Virus record (IMG/VR): IMGVR_UViG_3300035123_000008
Coordinates: 5,583 to 69,582 of that record
Length of the DNA: 64,000 nt
Reading direction: 5' to 3' (one strand)
Origin: a virus
How positions within the stretch are numbered: position 1 is the first letter of the stretch; each line of letters opens with the position of its first letter. Under the pieces are notes generated by a model, which worked only from the letters and a program-made list of their open reading frames with translations, made no database searches and was not told the DNA's origin. Positions 63,263-64,000 of the stretch are shown one piece after another. Made by a program: the position numbers and the translations under genes.

Positions 63263-63271
63263 CTTCCCTCC

Positions 63272-63493
63272 TTATTCAAAGTATTCAAAAGCATTGCTAG
63301 CTTCAAATCCTCCTAAAAAAATAGCGTCCTCGAAGCCTCTTATTGTTTTCATGCCCCATTGAACACGATTACTTAATTTCTTTGAAGGTCTCCATACGAT
63401 ACAAGTCTGCAACCTTTCTCTTATTCGGATATTGGCGAACATAATATCTTCTTGCCCTATAAAGTGAATGTGCTCAACGAGTTTTTTTGGCAT
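63272..63493 (-). CDS. Small hypothetical protein
   Basis: AGGAG SD. Confidence 0.6.
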   Translation of the reverse strand: MPKKLVEHIHFIGQEDIMFANIRIRERLQTCIVWRPSKKLSNRVQWGMKTIRGFEDAIFLGGFEASNAFEYFE

Positions 63494-63941
63494 CTCGTCT
63501 CCTTTCTTTTACCTCCTCAAGCCGATGATCCTTACAGCAATATTTTTGATTATGTGTAACAGGTACGAATGGAATCCCACAGAAACGAAATTCACAATGA
63601 ATACTAGAGCCAAGGATTAAGGATCCATTTTGGACACGATGAGGCAAGGACTTGACTTGAACGGGCTTGCTAATTTTAAGGGATGGGTTTTCAGATGAGG
63701 TACTTATCCAATATGCGTAAAGCGCGGAGAAAATAGGCTGGCTGATCTTCTGCCTACCCAAGAGGATATTATCGAGGTAATCAGGCGTGTACGGGGTTTT
63801 CTTCTTAATAATCCCTGCAAGTAATTTACCAATAGCAATCTTATCACTAGGGGAGGGATTAGGTCCTAGTAATTGTTTTAAAACGCTTAAAGGCTTAAAG
63901 CCTGTGAGAACGTCCCTATGCGATGATGTTACGGAACCCAT
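63474..63941 (-). CDS. Putative DNA-binding protein with C-terminal zinc finger
   Basis: CEFRFCGIPF...QKYCCKDHR. Confidence 0.6.
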   Translation of the reverse strand: MGSVTSSHRDVLTGFKPLSVLKQLLGPNPSPSDKIAIGKLLAGIIKKKTPYTPDYLDNILLGRQKISQPIFSALYAYWISTSSENPSLKISKPVQVKSLPHRVQNGSLILGSSIHCEFRFCGIPFVPVTHNQKYCCKDHRLEEVKERRRDAKKTR

Positions 63942-64000
63942 AAAAGGATACCTTTATAGTGCATAAGCGAAAATTAGAGCTGTTTAGAGCCTGCCAGAGG

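Larger units (their letters stand above)
1..64000. mobile_element. Tailed bacteriophage (siphovirus-like) genome segment filling the whole window
   Basis: TerS-TerL-portal-protease/scaffold-MCP-adaptor-tail tube-TAC-tape measure-Dit-Tal-lysin synteny; dense overlapping small ORFs; no host housekeeping genes. Confidence 0.97.

Noticed and set aside
1-64000. Alternative genetic code (stop-codon recoding)
   Set aside because: Structural genes are full-length in code 11, and all three stop codons are used at gene ends

Overview
The whole window is bacteriophage DNA: a long-tailed siphovirus-like genome segment with no recognisable host genes. The + strand arm (2.7-54.1 kb) runs in this order: HTH regulator, DNA methyltransferase and nucleases, a ParB / radical SAM / TAGT-like glycosyltransferase trio, TerS, TerL and portal. 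Next come a block of large acidic putative virion proteins and a roughly 6 kb glycosyl-, methyl- and sulfotransferase cluster. These are followed by head morphogenesis protein, ChaB-protease-scaffold, major capsid, a double-GT2 fusion and a head-spike module, then the neck and tail genes (with a +1 frameshifted tail chaperone) and a GH25 endolysin with holin-like genes. The - strand arm (1-2 kb and 54.2-64 kb) carries small early/accessory genes, a minimal PolX, a UDG-like protein and a cell-envelope cluster (LCP lipoprotein, DPBB protein, trypsin-like protease). It also holds an array of tiny genes joined by three families of short repeats. No replicative polymerase, helicase, primase, integrase, reverse transcriptase, CRISPR array, rRNA or canonical tRNA was seen. 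The host is inferred to be a monoderm, possibly Chloroflexota/Anaerolineae. All functional calls come from motifs read by eye and from synteny; no database search was run. Many CDS starts were moved from the ORF track to the codon with a visible Shine-Dalgarno (SD) sequence or a stop/start overlap.
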